Positions 38,189-47,536 of a stretch of DNA of 64,000 nt are shown piece after piece (position 1 is the first letter of the stretch; each line of letters opens with the position of its first letter). Source of the DNA: Antedon mediterranea (lineage: Eukaryota > Animalia > Echinodermata); NCBI RefSeq assembly GCF_964355755.1, contig NC_092670.1, positions 14,308,795 to 14,372,794 on the forward strand, given 5' to 3'. A program made the translations under genes and the position numbers. The notes under the pieces were generated by a model. It did not search any database. It was not told the origin of the DNA and saw only the letters and a program-made list of their open reading frames with translations.

Positions 38189-38378
38189 GTAAGTATACTT
38201 AGGAATCATGTCAGACCTATTTTAATGCAGTTCCTGCAGTAACTAACGTTTTTTACTTTAAAATGTTCTTGGTAACTAAAAATAAGCTGCCTCCGAAAGG
38301 CAAATCCTCCAATGAAGGAATGTTATTCTGTTACTTAATGTATTAATCTAAATATTAATACTCAATTTTAATTATTAG

Positions 38379-38440
38379 CTACATACCGAATTGCTACAAC
38401 AATGACATTGGATTCAAAGAGTGACACCTTTCTTCAAGAT
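38379..38440 (+). CDS. Gene 1 degenerate SEA-like domain 2, exon a
   Basis: TTYRIATTMTLDSKSDTFLQD|gtaag, phase 1-0, same split as the other SEA domains. Confidence 0.7.
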
Positions 38441-38674
38441 GTAAGTATTTGACATCTCGTAAACTACATCTCTACACTAACACACTTTATGTGACAAAAA
38501 TGTTGTGTACCCATATGAACATGATGATGTCATATCACTACCATATTTAAGCATACCACCACCGTATTTGTGCACATTGCTTTTTTTTTCAAACTAGTTT
38601 TATAGTCTAGACAGAGCTTTAAATTAACATCATTTGCTTATTTATGCATCAATAATTTTGTTTTACTTATACAG

Positions 38675-38870
38675 CTTGATGATTTGTATCGTTTGACGTC
38701 ACTTGCTGATGAATTCGTTGGAGTTACTTCTTCAGATTCTACTGCAGACCAAATGTCACTGACCTTTTATTTCACATCAAACACTGTTACGGAAGACATG
38801 ATCTTGTCTGCTTTCATGGCAGTTGCTCCTTCCAATGTCTTTGGTGGCAATACTGTCACAGCGTTTTTTG
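38675..38870 (+). CDS. Gene 1 degenerate SEA-like domain 2, exon b
   Basis: LDDLYRLTSLADEFVGVTSS...LTFYF...FGGNTVTAFF, phase 0-1. Confidence 0.75.
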
Positions 38871-39180
38871 GTATGTTTCCTTTGAAAGTTTTTGAGTGTG
38901 TTAATTATTTGTAGTCAGATAAGAAATGGAAACTGGGGAAAGTCTGATTAGCACAGTGTAGTGCCTTTCATGATTAGCTTACTGGTAGTTAATTTTGCGT
39001 TGCATACACAGAACCAACTGCTGGTTTATCTTCCAAAGTATGGCAACTTATTAAAGCATCTTCTGTCTCTGAAGGATTCGTCTTTGAAGGCTATCACAAA
39101 ATAGACAAGAAATTCTTTACCTTCAATGTAATAAAATAGAATCAAAGTGTAATAACATATCTGTTGTGTGTTATTTCTAG

Positions 39181-39297
39181 GTGATGGGCCATGTGATGGT
39201 AGTTCATGCTCAGGGAATGGTGATTGTATGAGCACTAGTAGTACAGAGTATTCATGCACTTGTAATGAGGGCTGGGAAGGAGATGACTGTGACACAG
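39181..39297 (+). CDS. Gene 1 EGF exon
   Basis: GDGPCDGSSCSGNGDCMSTSSTEYSCTCNEGWEGDDCDT. Confidence 0.9.
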
Positions 39298-39444
39298 GTT
39301 TGTTGAAAAAGAGACCAGATCTCGCGATTTTTATTTTTATAATAAAAAATACATTTATCTGAATAGCAACGCTAGTGTGAGAATGCAGTCCAGTAAACTG
39401 AGAATCTTTTTATAATCCCAGTTTCCTGGACTTTCTGAAATCTC

Positions 39445-39486
39445 TCTCCTGAGGACGATCAGAGTACATTGATCGAAACGTCGAGG
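39445..39486 (+). ncRNA. Solo minimal hammerhead ribozyme motif in an intron (probable Penelope pLTR relic)
   Basis: UCUC-CUGAGGA(39449-39455)-C-GAUCA gaguacau UGAUC-GAAA(39475-39478)-C-GUC-GAGG. Confidence 0.68.
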
Positions 39487-39660
39487 AACTATTTCTGAAG
39501 AAATAGATATACGTGGTGTACCGCACACTTTATATCAATAATGCTAACTAGCATAGTTAGCATTATGCATAGCAAGTTCAAATAGAAAATCAATTTCTCT
39601 TTTACATATTTTAAATAAATGATGTGTTTATATTAAATAAATGTATTATTTTGTTTTTAG

Positions 39661-39783
39661 ATATTAACGAGTGTACTGACAGTTCAAAGTGCCCTGCTGC
39701 TGGAGAGGTTTGTCAGAACAGTGCTGGCGCATATGAATGCCTCTGTGCATCTGGTCAGTGGAAGATCAACGAACAATGTACTG
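39661..39783 (+). CDS. Gene 1 calcium-binding EGF exon
   Basis: DINECTDSSKCPAAGEVCQNSAGAYECLCASGQWKINEQCT. Confidence 0.9.
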
Positions 39784-40034
39784 GTAAGTTCGCCAAAAGT
39801 GCAGTTTCTTGCTGGACTGATGGACCATGGTTTCCCCTCTCTATTATGCACTAGGTTCGAAGTTCATACTGGACCTACTTAATAAGTAAGTCCTTACTCA
39901 AGAAGGTGGCTACAGTTAGTGGCACTTTCTTACCTTAAAAACGCTTGTCGATTTGATATTGCTTGGGTCTGATTGCTAACCAAGCATGCTAGCCATATTG
40001 CACTGTAATATGAAATTCTTATGTTTTGTTACAG

Positions 40035-40162
40035 ATGTTACTGAATTTATTAGTAATTTTGTTATTACTTCAATCAATGGTGTAGAACAAACATTTTCAG
40101 AGCAACTAAATGATGAAACTTCAGAAGAATACCAGGCCCTACAAGACCAACTTTTACCATTG
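40035..40162 (+). CDS. Gene 1 SEA domain 3, exon a
   Basis: DVTEFISNFVITSINGVEQTFSEQLNDETSEEYQALQDQLLPL, phase 1-0. Confidence 0.85.
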
Positions 40163-40619
40163 GTATTTATCAAATTAACTATTATTGTTAGGTCAAGCCA
40201 AACTGAACTGACAACTAAACCCTTTTGGACAACTATCCTCTAAAGCAATTAGCTGGAGGTAGTTGCCCTAGTAGAAGACTTTATTTATTTATTGTCTCTT
40301 TTATGTTTTATGTTACCAGTCGACGTTTCAAATTTTGTCTGGAAATGCTAAAGTATTATACGTATGAAACACAATATGTGCCAAAATATTGTCTTTTTTA
40401 TCTTAAATTTTTACTAATATTAAGTTGAATCACAACCTAGGACCTAAACTATCCTGAGAGGTAATTTGTCAAAGTGAGTATTTATCCTAGTGAATTGTCT
40501 TTCATGCAAATCGTCTTCCTATCATTTTGGTTGTTGTCTTAGAATTGATAATATTCATCATAAATCCATTTCATTATAGGTTGATTTTAAGTATTAGTAT
40601 ATTATTTATGTACTTTCAG

Positions 40620-40833
40620 CTAGTGGATGCATTTGATAACTTACCTGACTACCTTGGTGTGAGGATTATAGACTTTGCTGGTGGTAGTGTCAAAGTATAC
40701 TTTGTAGTAGTATTTGAGACTGGCACTTCTACCACTGCCGATGATGTCACCAGTGCTATTAATGCCGCAACTGAAGGTGGCATTCTAGGTGGTTCCACCA
40801 TTAGAGTTGATAATTTCGTAGCAGCTGATACAA
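40620..40833 (+). CDS. Gene 1 SEA domain 3, exon b
   Basis: LVDAFDNLPDYLGVRIIDFAGGSVKVYF..., phase 0-1. Confidence 0.87.
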
Positions 40834-41186
40834 GTAAGTCATGAATGAGGGAATCTGTAGAACACCAGCTATTTTTGGAAAAAATCAGAGAATCTGGTAG
40901 ACAAGAGAATCTTCCTATGAGCAAGGCCAGGGACTCTGAAAGAAATTAGGATTGTTTAGAGCATGCTTTTAAATTATGAGTATAGTTTCAATCTATTTAA
41001 AACAATGTGTTGAACAGTTGAAACAATGAATAAATGTTCTTGGGGAGACCGAGGAATATAGTTTGCTTCCATCTAAAACGTTCATATTGCACCTTTGAAA
41101 AGGCACTTTCTTGCATATATACGTACACACATTCAAAGAGTACATTTCATTTTGGTGTTTAATTATCACTTCATTTCGTTCACCAG

Positions 41187-41253
41187 TTTGTGTAGATTAT
41201 TGCCAAAACGGAGGGATTTGTTCTACTAACTCGTTTTACATTGAATCCTGCGA
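41187..41253 (+). CDS. Gene 1 juxtamembrane EGF, exon a
   Basis: ICVDYCQNGGICSTNSFYIESC, phase 1-2. Confidence 0.85.
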
Positions 41254-41344
41254 GTAAGTATCATTAAAGATTATCAAATATTTAAGTTCCATATTATTTA
41301 GTTTTCACAGTTTCTAGTACTCTGAATATTTGTTTCCATTTTAG

Positions 41345-41400
41345 ATGTGCAGATGGGTACAGTGGAGATATATGTAGCTTCAAGGATACTGATGACCCTA
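41345..41400 (+). CDS. Gene 1 juxtamembrane EGF, exon b
   Basis: CADGYSGDICSFKDTDDP, phase 2-1. Confidence 0.82.
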
Positions 41401-41763
41401 GTAAGTAACCCAACTTGCTAAATATGCTAGTTTGTATTTCAAAACTCAACACTCGATATTTGGATTTATTTATTTCGTTTCCCAATAAATAGTAGATTCA
41501 AGGTTCATGAGAATATGGAGCAGGGTTTCTTTTAAGAACAACAAGAGGCTACAAGATTAAAAATTAGTAATTTTACAATCAAGTAACGAATTATTAAATT
41601 ATACAATAATAAATATATAATAAATAAATCAATAAATTTATGTAGTAAGCATAACAGTAAATTACTGGAACTAAAGTCTTTTATAAAATACGTAAGTTCA
41701 CAAAAAACCATTTGAAAACATTATTTTTCTTCAATAAAAATTAATTTTGTTTTTCCTTTTCAG

Positions 41764-41990
41764 ATTTAACAACTTTAGAGATTGTTGCTATAGTCCTGGG
41801 TTCTGTTTTTGGAGTTCTTATCATTGTGATAATTATAGTAGCAACCATAGCCTTGAGTGCAAAATCTAGACGTAGAACAAATCCAATATATGATAACTAC
41901 ACAGGGCCACGAGACCATCGTGAATATAGAAGACGAAGTGGTCGTAGCAGCCAAAGGAATCGCAGATCATATTTTGATCAAAATCAACAG
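41764..41990 (+). CDS. Gene 1 transmembrane + cytoplasmic exon
   Basis: IVAIVLGSVFGVLIIVIIIVATIAL then KSRRRTNPIYDNY...; donor CAG|gtaatt. Confidence 0.88.
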
Positions 41991-42038
41991 GTAATTAATT
42001 TCTATTCATTCTATTAATATCTATATTATGATGAGTTA

Positions 42039-42284
42039 AGCTACTTTCGGTGCCCTGAGAAAAATATGAGGTCATTTATGTTCACACGAAAGATAAAAAA
42101 TCGTACGATTTCAGAAAACAAATGGCTTCTGGATTCATCGCTACGAATTCGGAGCCCGAATAAGGTACGGATTCAAATCGTGCAAATTTGGTGTGAACCA
42201 TCATATGCTTTACCACTGAACCCATTTTCCACAATATTTTTCTTAGGGCACCGGACCAAGTATGGGAGCGATGTGAAAACAGCT
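42039..42284. mobile_element. MITE with TTA TSD (PIF/Harbinger-like)
   Basis: TTA|agct...agct|TTA; subterminal inverted repeat cggtgccctgagaaaaatat / atatttttcttagggcaccg. Confidence 0.5.
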
Positions 42285-42298
42285 TTAGTGTACTATTA

Positions 42299-43508
42299 TC
42301 TATATATAAATTATGGTTAATTCTGACATAGGCGAGCACAATGCAAAAACTTCGGTACAAATCTCCGCCTTGGATACCTACCTTATCTATCTCAGATGTA
42401 CCGCGAAACGTAGGTTTGATAACATTAGTTTTCACATCGACGCTATTGTTCCATATTTCTATCTTAGGAAGATATTATAAAGAGTTTTTTAACAAAATTT
42501 ATGATTTCAACAGTAGATTTTCCACTCAATTTCAATTCTTCGCGGGTCAAAGTAATTTCCGAGTTCGCCTTGCAACAACCTGGTTTCAACTATTTTCTCT
42601 CTTTTATACACAAGGGAGCAGTTAAGATAATAGATTTGACCCTAAAGGTGACTGGCAACAGGCACTTTCCATCAATCAATACAGTGTCCCTTTGGAAGAA
42701 GGAAGAAAAAACCCATAGTAGGACTAGAGCTTATCAGTTTTTTGTTTATTTTAGTAACGGACCGTGCGTGTGTGAAGTTACAGTAGTTAAAAAATAAAAA
42801 TTATACTGCAAATTAATAAAGATCAAAATAAATATAGGCCATAAAGAATCGGAATATATTGTGGGAAATAGTATTATAAAATTACATAGGGAGATTTGAT
42901 GATAGTTGATTGAGTAAGCTGGCAGGAATAACTGTAGACTATCTCTGTCCCATTAGGACCAAGATGTCTGCACATGTTGCAAGCCGTAATGTCTTCTTTC
43001 TTGGGCCGACTCTATCACGGCAGTTAGTTTCAAAAGATGTTTAAATTAAATAATGTATTAATAATTATTAGGATGGTATTTATTTGAATAAACGCCTCTC
43101 CAATAAAACATCACTTTGAATAATAATCATTATACTATTTGTAGTAGAATTCATCGCACTGTTATCTACAATTTACCAAGCATTTGTTATTCTTTTTTAC
43201 CACTTTTCATATCTATTAGAGGATTTTATTTGATTATAAATGTTACCATATTATTAAAACTAAAAAAATTTACATATATCCTTCGAATAAGTACCCCCCC
43301 CCCCCTCAAATGAACTCCGCCTCCCCAAAGGGCCCTACCAAACAATAAACACTATACTTTAAAATGTTATTAATCATCTAAAACACTGTGAAACAGAGTA
43401 GTTTAGTTTTACGAATGTCAAGCATTGTCAATAATGGTAACCGACAGAAAACGTACAAGGAGAACATTTTTATCATTCCGAGAACCATCGTCTACACTTC
43501 CTAGAGGG
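42299..43508 (+). mobile_element. Non-autonomous Helitron, copy 1 (3' hairpin missing)
   Basis: Starts A|TCTATATATA; colinear with 48838-50034; similarity ends at cctagaggg. Confidence 0.7.
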
Positions 43509-43748
43509 GGATGAAAACATTCATTATTTGTTTGTTAGCACACAATCCATCTGAAATTGGATGGCATAGGTCACTCAGATTTTTGCAGCGAAGCAGCAAT
43601 TATAGATGCCATGCTGCAGCTTGGTTTTCTTCACTCTTTTCACCGACCTGTCACATAGTAGAAAAGCCATTAAATCGCAGGCTACTCTTATTTAAACTAG
43701 GCATGAAACACAACATTTAAATTCAACAATTTTTTCTCCTTTTTCTAG

Positions 43749-43805
43749 CAATTCTCAACTCCATATATAGCAACAGGGGATGAGGAACTCTCTATATCTT
43801 CTAGT
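43749..43805 (+). CDS. Gene 1 cytoplasmic exon
   Basis: Polypyrimidine-ctag|QFSTPYIATGDEELSISSS|gtaagt, phase 0-0. Confidence 0.7.
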
Positions 43806-44391
43806 GTAAGTATTAGAGTGAATTTGATTTTTCTTTAGAAAGGTAAAACTAGAATAGTTTGCATTTATTGAGTGTCTTTAGAGTGAAAAAAAGCAACGTA
43901 AGAAAAACGGGTGAAGTATTGTCCATTATCAAATGCAATCTTATAATTTACCATAACACTCAGTTATACACTGTTGTTTCATACCATCAATATGTGTTGC
44001 TTTGAGGTTTACTTAAATAGTTATTGTAACTAACTTTTATAAAAATATTATGATAACGAATGCATAATTTCGCAGATAAAAATATTGTTCACTATACATA
44101 AGCAATTATCTGCTGCAAATTTTGCGCAATTTTTTGGTTTGCAAAATGTAGAAGGTACTTATATCGCTGAAGCACAAAATGAAAGGGAATACAATTCTTC
44201 ACAAGCGCATTAAAAGCCTGTTTCTAATTTGCACGTTCCTGACTTCTGAGTGGTTACACTTTTTAACATTACAAAAAGTAGATAAATTCATTACTCCTGC
44301 ATGAATGAGCTTCCCTAAAGTAGTTTAAACCGTATCCATACATCTATACTTGATATACTGTCTGAATTTGTGTTGTTTTGTTTTCTTTCAG

Positions 44392-44436
44392 TCTGATCCA
44401 ACTTATCAAGGAAGATTCCGGCATGATTACTTTTAA
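44392..44436 (+). CDS. Gene 1 putative last coding exon
   Basis: ttttctttcag|SDPTYQGRFRHDYF*; AATAAA downstream at 44594. Confidence 0.6.
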   Translation, partial: SDPTYQGRFRHDYF

Positions 44437-45597
44437 TTGCTGAATTCTGAAATCTTACACAATCGGGGACCTTCAGATAAACAATATTGGCTAAGAGATT
44501 ATTTGATTTTTTTCCATTCAATTGACTACATTAATGCGTTATTATACTTTTACATAGATTAGTATTAGGAACTAACATTTTCTATCTAACGTCAATAAAC
44601 TTTTCCTTAACGTCAAATAACTTCTCCCTAACGGTCACTCTGGGGCGGATCCAGACAATTTTGAGAGGTGGGGTCAGCCGATAAAAAGGGCACACCAGAT
44701 ATTGAGTACTGTATTTGAGCCACATGCGCCCTCTGTAGTATGTGAAACGATCTATTTTTAGAAATTTAAGTAGAGATCATCATCACGCGTCACCACCTCT
44801 CCGACCGATCGGCCGCCGTAACTTAACATCGCGCGCATTGCGATAATTCTGTTTTTATTTTTGGTGTAGCCTACTCTGTGCATACTAATATACACACAAA
44901 TATGTCACACGAATAAAATATTGAACCTCTAAAAAAAGGGCACCCATAGTCACTCCTCTCTTTGTTCTTGAACCTAATTGTATTTTGTCTAACCTCTATC
45001 TAGTATGATAGTCTTATAATTACAGTATATTAATTTATATTTGTTTTTTTTTCTAAGGTAATGTTTTATAATAAAAAAATATTAGCGTTTTATATACCGA
45101 ATAAATAAACGCACAACGCGTTTATTGTTCAGAGGGGTTTTTAGGGAAGGCGTTTATTTGTGTTAATAAACACTCTTTCAATATGAAAACAGAATAGAAA
45201 TATAAAATACAGTACAAATTGTTTAAAAATGCTTTGTACATTGTACATCAACTACCCAGTCAATCAATTTTAATACAAGTAGATTAATAGATAATGTGTT
45301 ATGCAGTATTCTTCTAAAAAAAATAAACGTTTTTGTAATGTATTTAGTATATATGTATATACATGTAATCGTTCTATAATTAAAAAAAAATGGGTATATT
45401 TATAATTTTATAATAAAAAACGAATAATCAAATTATATTATGAATGAAGTTTTGTTTAGTTTTGTGTATTTATATGTGAAAAATATAACTTATACTAAGT
45501 GACGAAAAGATACACCATTTATCTGGTTTGTGGATGTCAAAGGACATTTCAAATACTTATGGTTTAACATAAGGTACGATGGTGTTAAGACGTTAAT

Positions 45598-45785
45598 GGG
45601 GAGCTTTCGATTTCCGATGACCAAACTACGTCATATTAATTCATTAAGCGCATGCGGAGATGTTGGGACGTGTGTCTTCGCTCCACACCTGGACGATTTT
45701 GATGATTTCTAGGTCCAGGTGTCGACCGACGACACATCGATTCATCCGACCTAGGTTGTCGGTCGTCAGAAATATAAAGCGCCCT
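45598..45785. mobile_element. Small MITE-like element
   Basis: Imperfect TIR gggagctttcgatttccgatgacc / ggtcgtcagaaatataaagcgccc. Confidence 0.4.
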
Positions 45786-46786
45786 AATAGGCTACCGTGG
45801 ACGACTCAATCATAAATTAAGTATTCCTCTCTGTCACGCAACATTCGGCAATCACAACGAAATGAGAAAAATACACTCGATCTTCGCAAACGTTTGCAGT
45901 TCTAACAGCAAAACACTGGCCATTTAATGGCTAAAGGTGCCTCAGCTCAAACGACGAGAGAACGATAGGAAAAGAATTTCAGGTTAGACTTATAACCAGA
46001 GAAGGGTAAAATTACAACATAATTTCACTCTATGCTGTCTTAATAATAAATACTTTTGTATGAGTTGCGTAGGTTGTTACACCTGTATTGCATGCTCAAG
46101 GCATAAAAATGCACAACCAATAACCGCTATCTCATCTAAGTTGCATAGTTAAGTGAACTGCTGAACTATGGTTAGTTACTAGTAGGTCTATGCAGGTCAA
46201 TATTTTTTCACTAATAGTATACACTGAAATTATTAGTATACTATGAAATTATTAAGAAACCAAATGTAGGCTATGCATTACAATTGTTATATAGTCCAAC
46301 AGTCAAGGGTCTAACCTAGCAATTGGTCTATATTTCTTTTAAAGCAATTGTTTTAAATATTTTGTGTATAGATTTTGATTGTAAAGGCAATCAGACAATA
46401 CATTTTCAACATTGTGCAATTTGAATAAGTAGTAGGCCTCTAAACAAATAACTTTTTTTTAAATTATTATAAAAACTTAGTTCAGACTATTATCGAATTC
46501 AGCGTCTGTACAACAATTTCACTTAGTATAATTGGTCTAATGGAACGAAATAGGACGGGATTGAGATCAGATGGTTGAGAATCATTATAATAATATCCCA
46601 ACTAACCAGATCCATGATTGTTTATAAAGTACGAAAAGCGCGCCAGGTTTGTCTGAATGTTTCAACTTTCAGGCACTGCGGCATTTGAGATATTGCCAAG
46701 ATAATTTGCCATTTAGACATTATTTTTTAATTTAAATCTTTAAACAGAAAAACTAAATAAGTAACAATGGATATAAATAACTATAC

Positions 46787-46965
46787 GTGAGTAGCCGAGC
46801 GGTTAATACAGTGGAACCGTAATCCATCACTGGAAATGATAGAGGCTCACTCGCTCCATGGTTCTGGTAGTAGAAGAAGTCTTCTCGGGAAAGGACTATA
46901 AACCAGTTCAGTGTACATAAAATGCCCATGTGCACTTTAAGAAACATAGTGCATCTTTCGAGACG
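46787..46965 (+). mobile_element. tRNA-derived SINE fragment
   Basis: gtgagtagccgagcggttaatacagtggaaccgtaat shared with 26740; A-box-like start. Confidence 0.55.
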
Positions 46966-47221
46966 GGTGTAGCTTACTAACTAACACAGCCAATGTCTTG
47001 GACAGACAAAATAACGCCTCTTGGCAGCACTGTCCTGACGAATGTAATTGCAAAGTCACAGGGTCCACAGCGCATTGAGACGAAATTGCTTTTGGTATGT
47101 GCTAGCATCTAAATTGACTCTCACGACAGCCAAAATATGCGGTCGCAACGTGTTCATTGGTCAACTCTACTGACAAATTTAAGAGTAACCAAACTGGCCA
47201 CATTTTTCGGATAAGAAAATC

Positions 47222-47510
47222 AATTAGTTGTCTAACCAAAAACGTATATCTCATATAGGCCTACTGTAAAATTCATGGTAAACAGTACGTCGGAAAAACC
47301 AAAAACACTCTCCGTATGAGAATGACAACACAGATCAGCTATCAAAACGTTAAAGCTTGATCAACCTGTAGCCGAACATTTTAATTCAGCTAGTCACTCG
47401 ATTGTAAATTTCAGAGTCATTGCAATAGAGCATGATGTCTAATGGAGCGACAAAACTTGCAAAGACAAAGAAAATCAACAGGAATTACTACTTAAAACCA
47501 AAAAGACTTA
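47222..47510 (+). pseudogene. Decayed GIY-YIG endonuclease of a second Penelope-like family
   Basis: ISCLTKNVYLI*AYCKIHGKQYVGKTKNTLRMRM / RSAIKTLKLDQPVAEHFNSASHSIVNFRVIAIE, with a stop and a frameshift. Confidence 0.7.
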
Positions 47511-47536
47511 AAGAAAAAGGACTTCCATTTCAGTTG

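Larger units (their letters stand above)
1..44436 (+). other. Gene 1 (5'-incomplete): giant hyalin-like HYR-repeat / EGF / SEA single-pass membrane protein, multi-exon
   Basis: About 60 exons with canonical ag/gt boundaries whose phases join into one open frame ending at TAA 44434-44436. HYR consensus D.E.P...CP.D....W..P.A.DNSG...F..G.T.V.Y.A.D..GN...C.F.V.V recurs; EGF six-Cys patterns, SEA GS(I/V)xV motifs and a hydrophobic TM segment follow. Confidence 0.9.
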
